DNA of 64,000 nucleotides from a virus (Duplodnaviria; Caudoviricetes): IMG/VR virus record IMGVR_UViG_3300032093_000005; one strand, 5' to 3'. Shown piece by piece: positions 20,696 to 28,709 of this stretch (position 1 is its first letter; each line of letters starts with the position of its first letter). The notes under the pieces were generated by a model. It saw only the letters and a program-made list of their open reading frames with translations, ran no database searches and was not told where the DNA came from. The position numbers and the translations under genes were made by a program.

Positions 20696-20884
20696 TTATA
20701 ATTCTACCATCCAGTCTGGGTCATTGTCAAGTGTTGCCCAGAAATGATTGCGACCGTTCAATGATGTGAGAAACACTTTGTTACCTTTGTGTTGCTCAAT
20801 GATGCAGATCTCGATGCGATTCATGATGTTCGAGAATCTGTTCTTTGCTTTCTTCGAGATTGGTGTAACAGATGCAGTTTGCAT
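20696..20884 (-). CDS. Hypothetical protein (paralog of 42810-43016)
   Basis: MQTASVTPISKKAKNRF...IIEQ...FLTSLNGRNHFW. Confidence 0.65.
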   Translation of the reverse strand: MQTASVTPISKKAKNRFSNIMNRIEICIIEQHKGNKVFLTSLNGRNHFWATLDNDPDWMVEL

Positions 20885-20889
20885 GATGG

Positions 20890-21024
20890 TCTCGTCGAGA
20901 TGTGCATAATCTAGTTGATCTTGCTGATCTCGTCGAGAGAGGTGTACCACTAGATGAACTGGCACACCTCGACGAGTTTCAGAACTGGATCTCGTCTAGT
21001 GTTGGAACATTATCTTGACTAGAT
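20890..21024. repeat. TCTCG(A/T)CGAGA dyad repeat cluster 2
   Basis: Copies at 20890, 20928, 20967; degenerate at 20990 and 21014. Confidence 0.75.
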
Positions 21025-21121
21025 TCACTGCTGTCCACCCCATCACAGAGTACATCAAGAATGTGAAGGATGTCGTTCCCATTTTTGCCTTGGCGAAGTT
21101 GAGAGATCAGAAGTTGTTTGG

Positions 21122-21304
21122 TCATTGTGCAGATTCCTCCAGCAGTTCGGGATAGTATTCTTCACACTCAGTAATCAATTCTTCATCCGAATACTTTGCA
21201 TAACCCTCATCCAGATAATCATAACAAAGTTGGGTCATTGTCTTGAGGTCCATGTCATCCAACATCTGCTGAATGAGTTGATCTTGAAGTTCAGTGCGGT
21301 TCAT
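21122..21304 (-). CDS. Hypothetical acidic protein
   Basis: 60-aa ORF tiling with 21307-21576. Confidence 0.65.
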   Translation of the reverse strand: MNRTELQDQLIQQMLDDMDLKTMTQLCYDYLDEGYAKYSDEELITECEEYYPELLEESAQ

Positions 21305-21306
21305 AA

Positions 21307-21576
21307 TCAGTTAGCGTAGAGGGGCAGTTTCTTACGGAGGCGGATTGCGTCCTCCAATACATCACCAATCTGTTCGTAGATGTAGTCGCAACCTCCCACA
21401 TCACAGAGAACATCTTGAGTGAAAAGTTCAGGAAAACGATGCTCTTCTGTCATTTCCTCATTATACTCAAAAACATCGTTTTGAGTGAATACAAACGCAG
21501 CACAACCTGCGTCCTCACCTTGACTCTCAATCAGTTGGTTGATAGAGTCACGAAGTTCAGAAAGAGTGCGGTACAT
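21307..21576 (-). CDS. Hypothetical protein
   Basis: 89-aa ORF. Confidence 0.65.
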   Translation of the reverse strand: MYRTLSELRDSINQLIESQGEDAGCAAFVFTQNDVFEYNEEMTEEHRFPELFTQDVLCDVGGCDYIYEQIGDVLEDAIRLRKKLPLYAN

Positions 21577-21578
21577 AA

Positions 21579-21755
21579 TCAGAAACGAATTACAGGGTGG
21601 TCAACATCAAGGACATCACATTCATCAGTTGTAAATGCAAGATCTACATCAAGTTGAATGTGTTGATCTTCCCAACTGTTGTAGATGCAAACATCCTGAT
21701 TCAGTTGTTCTTCATTCAGTTGTTGCAACTGTTGCAGAAGTTCCTTGTAAGTCAT
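21579..21755 (-). CDS. Hypothetical protein (58 aa)
   Basis: Manually translated MTYKELLQQLQQLNEEQLNQDVCIY...DHPVIRF. Confidence 0.6.
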   Translation of the reverse strand: MTYKELLQQLQQLNEEQLNQDVCIYNSWEDQHIQLDVDLAFTTDECDVLDVDHPVIRF

Positions 21756-22359
21756 CAGTCGTCTCCGAAGTTGTTGGTGAGGAAGTCTTCAAGTTCAATG
21801 AGTTTGCTGTCACTTAGAGAGACAATGTACTCATCGACAATCATAGCAAGAAGGTCGTGATCTTCCCTGCATTTAGCATACAAAAACTCAAAGAGTTCTG
21901 TGCCCGTAGAGTAACGAAGGTCAGTCATCAGAAATCGTTGAGACAGTGACGGTAGGTTTGATTCAAACGAATGAGAATGTCATTCCAAAACTCTACATCC
22001 TCATCATCATTGTATTGGTTGTTCTCTTCAACCAAACGAATCAGATTGTTGAGATCGTGAGGAGTGAGATAGTTCATCAAACTTCATCCCGCATTTCAGA
22101 GAGTTTGTCATAGAGTGCGGAAACATCGCACCCCACAATTTCACTCACTTCATCCCAATCATCATGAAACTCTATCAGCGCCAGAAGCGCATCCAGTTCT
22201 TCAAAAGTCAGAGCAGTGAGAGTCATTTGTCTTTAGAGCGACGGTGACGGTCAGAAGCGGTAGGGTCAGGATCATAAACCCCCAACCCCATCCGATCCTC
22301 ATAGTAGAACATGGCACCGAACATTGTCAAGATGCCAGCACCCAGAATCAGAGTAACCA

Positions 22360-22500
22360 TCAGAAATCCCAATCAGAGTTCAGAAAAGCATTCCAGGTTG
22401 CCTCATCATTCTGGTATTCTTCATCCAATTCCCGCATCTCAGGAATGTCGAAGATCTCACCAGGAGCATCAGCAATTTCGATCCAGAGTGTGTCTTCCAT
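22360..22500 (-). CDS. Hypothetical acidic protein
   Basis: Start re-assigned to MEDTLW, after the promoter at 22563. Confidence 0.55.
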   Translation of the reverse strand: MEDTLWIEIADAPGEIFDIPEMRELDEEYQNDEATWNAFLNSDWDF

Positions 22501-22572
22501 GTGGTGTGTGGTTGGTTGACTCTTGTAGTATAAGGGGCACCAGAGGCGCTTCCAGTGCCCTTGTGACACTTC

Positions 22573-22974
22573 TTAAACTGCCAGGTTACCAGCAGGAATC
22601 TCCACCAGTGAAGGTTTTTTCTTCTCAAACTGGTGCATGTCATAACATACCCATTCACCCTTACGGTAAAGGTATGCAAACTCTTCACCTGCTGAGAGAT
22701 ACTCTTTCAGTGAAGAATCATAACGGGGAGGAGTATCTTCCCCACGCTGAGAATAGTATTGAGCACCGTATTCTTGTGCTTTACTATCCCAGCGATCTTC
22801 AGTCCAGCAGGATGACATGTCGCCACCATCAATCAGTGCAGCGACCTTATCCCTGTTGTGATAATGAGTGCGAAGAATCCTACCCAACCATTCAGGATAA
22901 CCATCCCAGTGGTGATAGGCAGAAAGAATCGAACCGTCTGCCAGTTCGATGCCAATGCGTGATCTGGTTGCCAT
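22573..22974 (-). CDS. Conserved phage protein (HWDGYP family)
   Basis: MATRSRIG...YHHWDGYPEWLG...GGDMSS...EEFAYLY. Confidence 0.75.
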   Translation of the reverse strand: MATRSRIGIELADGSILSAYHHWDGYPEWLGRILRTHYHNRDKVAALIDGGDMSSCWTEDRWDSKAQEYGAQYYSQRGEDTPPRYDSSLKEYLSAGEEFAYLYRKGEWVCYDMHQFEKKKPSLVEIPAGNLAV

Positions 22975-23023
22975 TGGTGTGTGGTGTTGAACAATGTCAA
23001 TTTACGGGATTCTCAGCAGTCCG

Positions 23024-23242
23024 TCAAGACCCTTGTGCCACTACAGAAACTGGCATAAGCAGATCCCGAATCCGCAGGAGTTGTGCTTCATCCTCTGGCG
23101 TCTCACAGTCTGCCAAATCTACAGGAGCACATTCCTCCAAGTCAACCATCCCATACACATTGATCGGTGCAAAGAACAACTCATGGTTGTCCACAAAGTA
23201 TAAGCAACCGTGACCGTTCTCAATGTAAAACTTGGTGGGCAT
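23024..23242 (-). CDS. Hypothetical protein
   Basis: Start re-assigned to MPTKFY. Confidence 0.55.
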   Translation of the reverse strand: MPTKFYIENGHGCLYFVDNHELFFAPINVYGMVDLEECAPVDLADCETPEDEAQLLRIRDLLMPVSVVAQGS

Positions 23243-23276
23243 GAGTTCTAATGTTTCAACGCAACCAATATAAGAC

Positions 23277-23315
23277 AAAAGCGGCACTTGGATTGTCTCC
23301 TTGTGCCGCTTTTTT
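23277..23315. terminator. Bidirectional terminator-like hairpin
   Basis: AAAAGCGGCAC...GTGCCGCTTTTTT. Confidence 0.7.
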
Positions 23316-23326
23316 ATGTGTCACAA

Positions 23327-23479
23327 TCAATAAAGATCAGAGTAATCTTTGATTCTACAGTCTACCTCTTCACCACCTTCCAATTGCAGGACTTCCCTCC
23401 AATTGATATCTTCTAGATCTAGATCATCATAACATCTAATGTCCAGCGTGACTCGAACTAGTCTCTTTTGTGCAATCAT
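23327..23479 (-). CDS. Hypothetical protein (50 aa)
   Basis: Manually translated MIAQKRLVRVTLDIRCYDDLDLEDINWREVLQLEGGEEVDCRIKDY. Confidence 0.6.
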   Translation of the reverse strand: MIAQKRLVRVTLDIRCYDDLDLEDINWREVLQLEGGEEVDCRIKDYSDLY

Positions 23480-23510
23480 AAGATCCTCGTGCGTTGTGTT
23501 CTAGATTCTA

Positions 23511-23651
23511 TCATGCATAATGGCGATATGCAAGATCTTGATAATCTTGCCCATCTCGTGCATAATCCTCGTCGAGATCTTGTGTATACTCGTCGAGATC
23601 GTATGAATAGTCTGATGCGTATGTATAGTCGAGATCGTAGTCGTCGTACAT
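23511..23651 (-). CDS. Asp/Tyr-rich small protein
   Basis: MYDDYDLDYTYASDYSYDLDEYTQDLDEDY...; the LDE units are encoded by the CTCGACGAG repeat. Confidence 0.5.
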   Translation of the reverse strand: MYDDYDLDYTYASDYSYDLDEYTQDLDEDYARDGQDYQDLAYRHYA

Positions 23652-23770
23652 AATGCTCGTCGAGATTGTGTAACTGAATGAATTATAGCATAATCCTCGA
23701 CGAGATTGCAAGCTTTATGATGCACCGTCTCGTCGAGATCATGCTAATATATATGCACTATCGTCGAGAA
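23567..23770. repeat. CTCG(A/T)CGAGA dyad repeat cluster 3
   Basis: About 7 copies with irregular 20-45 nt spacing. Confidence 0.8.
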
Positions 23771-23803
23771 TTGTGTGCTTTTATAAACATGAGATCTCTG
23801 AGT

Positions 23804-23832
23804 ATCATAACACGAACGCACAAGACTGTCAA
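23804..23832 (-). promoter_or_regulatory. Sigma70-type promoter (leftward)
   Basis: TTGACA-N17-TATGAT. Confidence 0.8.
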
Positions 23833-23880
23833 GGTCTCTGAGTCTTATGTGTGGGTCTCATGGGAAATTTTTGGAGGCGC

Positions 23881-23909
23881 TTGACTTTTTTGAGTTCTTG
23901 TGATAGACT
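23881..23909 (+). promoter_or_regulatory. Sigma70-type promoter (rightward, against the genome-wide direction)
   Basis: TTGACT-N17-TAGACT. Confidence 0.7.
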
Positions 23910-23933
23910 GCTCGCCTAACTCACAAGACCTAG

Positions 23934-24080
23934 AAGGTTTTAATGAGTATTACATAAGGTTTTAATGAGTATTACATAAGGTTTTAATGAGTATTACATA
24001 AGGTTTTAATGAGTATTACATAAGGTTTTAATGAGTATTAGTAGAAGGATTTAGAGAGTATTACATAAGGTTTTAATGAG
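23934..24080 (+). repeat. 22-bp tandem repeat AAGGTTTTAATGAGTATTACAT, about 6.6 copies
   Basis: Four perfect units 23934-24021, two variants 24022-24066, partial unit to 24080. Confidence 0.95.
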
Positions 24081-24111
24081 AATAAACACACCTATTCTCA
24101 ACTAATACCCT

Positions 24112-24151
24112 TATTGATTCTCAATAACAATCACCTTATTGAGAATCAATA
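24112..24151. terminator. Perfect 16-bp inverted repeat followed by a T-rich tract
   Basis: TATTGATTCTCAATAA-CAATCACC-TTATTGAGAATCAATA; AT-rich to 24192. Confidence 0.65.
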
Positions 24152-24193
24152 TATGTTTTTTAATACCTTTTTTAATTAAATTTAAGTTAAAAT

Positions 24194-24379
24194 ATGTCTA
24201 AAATCACAAAAAGACCACAAAATATGTGTTATTCCTGTTGGTATACATGGTATCCAAGAGGTAAGAACATTTCGAATGTTTGTCCTAATTGCGGAAGTCG
24301 TAATACAGGAATTGATCTCAGTGGGTTAATACTCTTTGTGATTATACTGATTATGATCTTGATCTTTGCGACGATCTAA
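24194..24379 (+). CDS. Zn-ribbon protein with a C-terminal hydrophobic helix
   Basis: CYSC...CPNCGSRN followed by LILFVIILIMILIF; the only credible plus-strand gene seen. Confidence 0.55.
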   Translation: MSKITKRPQNMCYSCWYTWYPRGKNISNVCPNCGSRNTGIDLSGLILFVIILIMILIFATI

Positions 24380-24568
24380 TTCATTTTGAAGTTGTTGCAC
24401 ATAGTCTTGAGTGTTTGGAAAGAACATACAATCTGCAATCTCACACCATAGATCTTCTGATGGAATATCTGCAAGTTCTTCATCAGACCAGTAACAAGGA
24501 GGAAAAATCATTTCAACCTCCACCATAAACATAAGACACAACACCAGCAGGATGATTGACATTCTCAA
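24326..24568 (-). CDS. Hypothetical protein
   Basis: 80-aa ORF, start uncertain; 3' end overlaps the plus-strand ORF. Confidence 0.45.
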   Translation of the reverse strand: MRMSIILLVLCLMFMVEVEMIFPPCYWSDEELADIPSEDLWCEIADCMFFPNTQDYVQQLQNELDRRKDQDHNQYNHKEY

Positions 24569-24758
24569 TCACCTTGATTTCTGCAGTATTGAAATCTTTT
24601 TGCAGTTCTTCATTTCGCATTTTTGAATAATCAGAACCACCATCGCTACTAAAGTGTTCCATAAAGATCTGTTCACAATGAGGCATCGATTCCGCTGCGA
24701 TTACACACATTCCAGAAGTGTAATCATAAAGAACATCATTGATAATGTAGAGATTCAT
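24513..24758 (-). CDS. Hypothetical protein
   Basis: MNLYIINDVLYDYTSGMCVIAAES...YVYGGG. Confidence 0.65.
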   Translation of the reverse strand: MNLYIINDVLYDYTSGMCVIAAESMPHCEQIFMEHFSSDGGSDYSKMRNEELQKDFNTAEIKVIENVNHPAGVVSYVYGGG

Positions 24759-24939
24759 GATCGAGTGAGGAAACAAGTGAAGTGAGTGAATTTAGAACTT
24801 TAAGAGTAAACCGTTCAACAATGGGTTCATCATTCTCAGTATACAATTGATGACACCAATCGTCAAACAGATACTCATTCAGATAAGAGAGATCATCAAG
24901 TTGCTGTTCAATACAGCGAATCAGTTGGTCTTGATTCAT
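24736..24939 (-). CDS. Hypothetical protein
   Basis: 67-aa ORF. Confidence 0.55.
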   Translation of the reverse strand: MNQDQLIRCIEQQLDDLSYLNEYLFDDWCHQLYTENDEPIVERFTLKVLNSLTSLVSSLDHESLHYQ

Positions 24940-25177
24940 GATTCAGTTCCAGTTGTAGTAAGTTTGATCAGGATAAAGACCCATTTCTTCACAGCGGCAT
25001 TCGTAGGCGATTCGCTTGAGCATTTCAAGATCCATATCCTCAATGGATTTCAGAATGGAACGACGGATCTGAGCGTCTTGAGCAGTGTCGGTAATCATGA
25101 GAGGTGGATTGGATTACCCCTGTATTATAAGGGTGCTACAGGCGATTCTGATGGGGCGTGTGACAGTTCTTCAAGTG

Positions 25178-25828
25178 TCAGTCTGCCAGTCCAACTCCTG
25201 CAATTCCAAATCTTCCACCTGCTCCAGGAGTGTATGATGTTGAGTTGGTTCTAGAGTTTGTATTTGAAAGAGATCCTGACATGCGAGTTTGTGTTCTTCT
25301 TTCTTTACCTTTTGCTCGAATTGTTGGTTGAGGATTGGTTACAATAGACTTATTTGCAACATCCTTATCCATCATCACATAAGATCCTTGTGCCTGTCCT
25401 GGTCTTGGAGTAAATCCTCCATGTGCATTTGGAACTCTAACTACTTTAGCACCTTGTTTGAATGCTGCTTTTGCCTGATCAACAGAACTGGTTGGTTTAC
25501 CTTTCTTATCAGCAATATCTTCATCAGATGCTGATGCCATCCAACGTTTGATGTTTTTACCAAAATCTCTTGGTGAATCTGTGTTTGTCATTCTTGGATT
25601 GACAACTCTTAGATTCACTCTTGATCCACCATAATCAGAACCAACTCTGGATGATGGAGTAGTATAAACAACTCCTTTTCGTTCATCAGGATGATAGGTT
25701 CCAGTGGATGGTGAGTCCTGGAATCCAGTTTTGAGGATATTTTCCTTATTTGAAGCAGAAGTATAATGTGCTGTGCGAAGAACTCTCATTCTTCTTGCTT
25801 CTGCAATAAATTCAGAAAATGTCTTCAT
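25178..25828 (-). CDS. Putative head-internal protein with capsid-targeting N-terminus and ADP-ribosyltransferase-like domain
   Basis: MKTFSEFIAE-A N-terminus; AHYTS...ILKTGF, GVVYTTPS...DYG motifs; ATAAATA late promoter at 25844-25850. Confidence 0.65.
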   Translation of the reverse strand: MKTFSEFIAEARRMRVLRTAHYTSASNKENILKTGFQDSPSTGTYHPDERKGVVYTTPSSRVGSDYGGSRVNLRVVNPRMTNTDSPRDFGKNIKRWMASASDEDIADKKGKPTSSVDQAKAAFKQGAKVVRVPNAHGGFTPRPGQAQGSYVMMDKDVANKSIVTNPQPTIRAKGKERRTQTRMSGSLSNTNSRTNSTSYTPGAGGRFGIAGVGLAD

Positions 25829-25846
25829 GACTCTTTTAAAAATTAT

Positions 25847-26140
25847 TTATCTTCCAGGACGATCTTGATTCAGCATATAAGTCAGTTTTGCTAGATCTGG
25901 ATCTGCTCTCTTTTCTGCTGGTGTTCTGCGTCGTTGTTGACGTTCAGTTTGATACTGTTTTAGTTTGTTAATATCTTCCTTAACTGCTTTTGCTAACTTA
26001 ACTGGTGGTTTCTTTAATGGTTCCAGATACCTTTCCTTCCAACCTGGTGGTGGTGTTGATGGTTCAGGTTGTGGTGCTGGTTTATAAGGTTGATACGGAG
26101 ATCCACCGCTTTCGGACATGAACTGTGAAAATGTCTTCAT
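25847..26140 (-). CDS. Putative head-internal protein (capsid-targeting N-terminus), Pro/Lys/Arg-rich
   Basis: MKTFSQFMSE-S N-terminus. Confidence 0.65.
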   Translation of the reverse strand: MKTFSQFMSESGGSPYQPYKPAPQPEPSTPPPGWKERYLEPLKKPPVKLAKAVKEDINKLKQYQTERQQRRRTPAEKRADPDLAKLTYMLNQDRPGR

Positions 26141-26144
26141 GATT

Positions 26145-26351
26145 CTACAGTGGTGAGAGCATCGTGTTGATTCTCATTCTTTGAATGAATTGTCTCACAC
26201 GATCTGGATCTTTTGTTGGTTTTGGTGCTTGAGTTGGTTGTCTCATGGCACTTCTGAGATTTCTTTGAACTTCTGGATCTTTGAGTGAGATCACCTGTGC
26301 TGGTTTAATTGGATCACCCACTGCTTCCAGAAATTGTGCAAAGGTTTTCAT
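26145..26351 (-). CDS. Putative head-internal protein (capsid-targeting N-terminus)
   Basis: MKTFAQFLE-A N-terminus; CTAAATA late-promoter-like box at 26362-26368. Confidence 0.65.
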   Translation of the reverse strand: MKTFAQFLEAVGDPIKPAQVISLKDPEVQRNLRSAMRQPTQAPKPTKDPDRVRQFIQRMRINTMLSPL

Positions 26352-26360
26352 GTTTTATTT

Positions 26361-27254
26361 TTATTTAGACCATGCCTTTTGCATCGTGAAGTTCGCATGA
26401 CTGAAGAACTCTCTGTTGACCAGTTTATAAGTGCCATACTCATTGGACATTACATAACCTTCGGCATCAATCCGATCATATCCAATATAAGCAGCAGGGC
26501 CATCATTGCGACACAGGAACAGACAATCTTCCTTGATGGATTTGACCAACTTCCACAGGCGAATCAGATTGGCATCACAATCAAATGCATCATCCTCAAT
26601 CTTACGCTGTTCCCGAATACACGCATTGATCGCTTTCTTCAATTCAGTCAGTTGTTTACCAGACACAAAGGTGCAAGTAGTAGACATTTGACGGGCAAAG
26701 TCACAGATTTCTTCCACATCAGCAAAAGAGATCTGATTGTGTTGAATATATGCTTTGGGTTTCACAAACAACACTTCATCAGTGCTGTTCAGATTAACTG
26801 TAAGTGGAATTGCCCAACTGTCACGCAGATCATCATTTGCCTCATAACGAGTATGAGGAGCAAGAATCACCTTGTGTGTGATGACATCAGGAAACTGATA
26901 AGTGATGGTATTAGGAGTGTATTCAGTGTCTCCACCAAAACCAATGAAATCACCTTGAATAATATCTTCGGTACGTGGCAGAACATCAAAACACTCATGC
27001 AAAATGTTTGCCACATTGCCTTCATAGAATTGATCAATCTCTTCATGAGAATGTGCAATGCGAATCTTTACCTTGTTGAAAACCGCTTTGGTGCCAACAA
27101 AGAATTGACCATTAGCAGGATTGGTTCCCCATACAATCGCAGGAGCACCATCAATCTTCAGAGACAATGTGCCTGCAGCAGTGAACCAATCCAGCACATT
27201 CAGATCACCATTCAGAATGGTGTCTTCAGGATGCTCAATGTGAAGGTTTTGCAT
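26361..27254 (-). CDS. Nucleotidyltransferase / RNA-ligase-like protein
   Basis: SLKIDGAPAIVWG (KxDG), QGDFIG, EGYV and YKLV motifs in ligase-superfamily order. Confidence 0.65.
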   Translation of the reverse strand: MQNLHIEHPEDTILNGDLNVLDWFTAAGTLSLKIDGAPAIVWGTNPANGQFFVGTKAVFNKVKIRIAHSHEEIDQFYEGNVANILHECFDVLPRTEDIIQGDFIGFGGDTEYTPNTITYQFPDVITHKVILAPHTRYEANDDLRDSWAIPLTVNLNSTDEVLFVKPKAYIQHNQISFADVEEICDFARQMSTTCTFVSGKQLTELKKAINACIREQRKIEDDAFDCDANLIRLWKLVKSIKEDCLFLCRNDGPAAYIGYDRIDAEGYVMSNEYGTYKLVNREFFSHANFTMQKAWSK

Positions 27255-27334
27255 GAGTTGGTTTGTTTGGTATGCAATCAGTATAAGGGCAGAGTGTGAG
27301 CAGAGTCAGGGCAGAGTGGACAGTTGTTCGACTG

Positions 27335-27661
27335 TCACACCCCCAGCAGTTCTCTTTGCTCTGGTGTGAGAGATTCAATCAGTTCTTTACGCTTTTGTGC
27401 CTTGATTTCTTTCTCTTGTTGTTTCGTAATCATTTCATCCAGAATGTTATCCATTGTGTAGAAATCATAATCCCCAGTATCCCAACTGGATTCACCTTCG
27501 TTGTCAATGAAAATGGATTGTTTATAGTTATTGCCATCATCGTGCCAATCACAATACAGAGTGATTTTATAACCTTCATCAGTTTGACGAAAGGTTGCTC
27601 CACAAGGAGAAACTCTTTGTGCTTTGGTGAGAAAATTAAGAAGTTCAGTTGCAGTAATCAT
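27335..27661 (-). CDS. Hypothetical protein
   Basis: 108-aa ORF. Confidence 0.65.
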   Translation of the reverse strand: MITATELLNFLTKAQRVSPCGATFRQTDEGYKITLYCDWHDDGNNYKQSIFIDNEGESSWDTGDYDFYTMDNILDEMITKQQEKEIKAQKRKELIESLTPEQRELLGV

Positions 27662-27813
27662 TTCAGTTGCACTCAGAGTGAAGAATGTCTAGCATTTGTT
27701 GATGATAGTTGTCAGCATCACGAATCACATTTGCTGCCTCTGATACATCTTCAATTTCGTATTGTGTCATCTCCAGAGAGTGAATCACATTGGAGAGAAG
27801 TTCAGTCAGAGCA

Positions 27814-28050
27814 TCAATCTTTTGTGCGTCGGTCATTGCCATTCCACTTCAAAGTTTTGGGGTTCAGATACTTGCGACCATAATAACTTGCGTTCTGATA
27901 AGGTTCATAGAACAGACCTGCAAAGGCATAAACTTGATACACAAAGAACCAATGAATACCCTTCCAAATCGAATCAATTGCAAGTAAAACAAGAGTAATG
28001 CCCACATAGACAATGATCTTTGTTCTGTGAAGAATTATATTGCGGGTCAT
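27814..28050 (-). CDS. Hypothetical membrane protein
   Basis: Hydrophobic segment IIVYVGITLVLLAI. Confidence 0.55.
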   Translation of the reverse strand: MTRNIILHRTKIIVYVGITLVLLAIDSIWKGIHWFFVYQVYAFAGLFYEPYQNASYYGRKYLNPKTLKWNGNDRRTKD

Positions 28051-28265
28051 TTGATTGTTCTCAGTTGGTTGAGTTGGTAAGCAATTCTACATGCTTCAAG
28101 TGTACTCTCACACTCACTGCAACAATATGAAAGTCCGAATGGAAGATTACGATAGATTCGATTCTCTTCCACCCGATAAGATCCTGATGCTTTGATTAGA
28201 TTGTTCAACAAAAATCTAGTCATTGTTGTAAGGAGGATTATCAAAACGATGCATCCAAAGAGCAT
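28047..28265 (-). CDS. Hypothetical protein
   Basis: 72-aa ORF, start uncertain. Confidence 0.45.
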   Translation of the reverse strand: MLFGCIVLIILLTTMTRFLLNNLIKASGSYRVEENRIYRNLPFGLSYCCSECESTLEACRIAYQLNQLRTIK

Positions 28266-28509
28266 GAGACCGCTCTCGCAATTCCAGAATCATATTATAC
28301 TTCTGTTTGACTGGAGAATCATCAGGCAAATCATAGATTTCACTGTAACCAGTAAAATCATAGGCATCAAGAGCATGATTTAGAATATTATTGATTACAT
28401 CATGCTCTTCAAATGAAAATTGCATTGTGACTGGTTTTTGATCACAATAGTTGGTTTCATTGAGTTCAATCATTGGAACGTCCAAGAGAATCCTCCTTGT
28501 GGAATACAT
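28216..28509 (-). CDS. Hypothetical protein
   Basis: 97-aa ORF downstream of the dyad promoter at 28548. Confidence 0.6.
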   Translation of the reverse strand: MYSTRRILLDVPMIELNETNYCDQKPVTMQFSFEEHDVINNILNHALDAYDFTGYSEIYDLPDDSPVKQKYNMILELRERSHALWMHRFDNPPYNND

Positions 28510-28709
28510 GTATTATACAGCAGATTATCCTGCTTTAGATTGGCAGTGTGCCAGTGTTTAAACTGTCTACCGATTTGACACAAATGCCAGAATGACACCA
28601 AAAATAAGACCAGTAGCGAACAGTTTCATTTCAGAAGATCGGAACAATTTCAACATTAGTGAATCCTTCTTGAATGACATGTTTTTCCCAAAATGATGCA
28701 TCCTCAATT

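Noticed and set aside
22311-23213. 300-aa plus-strand ORF
   Set aside because: Antisense shadow over coherent minus-strand genes with their own promoters; no recognisable motifs.
23567-23770. Degenerate CRISPR mini-array from CTCGTCGAG repeats
   Set aside because: The repeat is only about 9-11 bp, occurs in both orientations and is irregularly spaced.
16157-23820. Shared 12-mer AACACGAACGCA near both ends of the GC-rich block as att-like sites
   Set aside because: Many 12-mer matches are expected by chance in 64 kb, and no integrase is seen.
23934-24080. CRISPR array
   Set aside because: Units are directly abutting with no spacers, and no cas genes are in the window.
26334-27299. 321-aa plus-strand ORF
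   Set aside because: Mirrors the minus-strand ligase-like gene; antisense open frame expected from codon bias.
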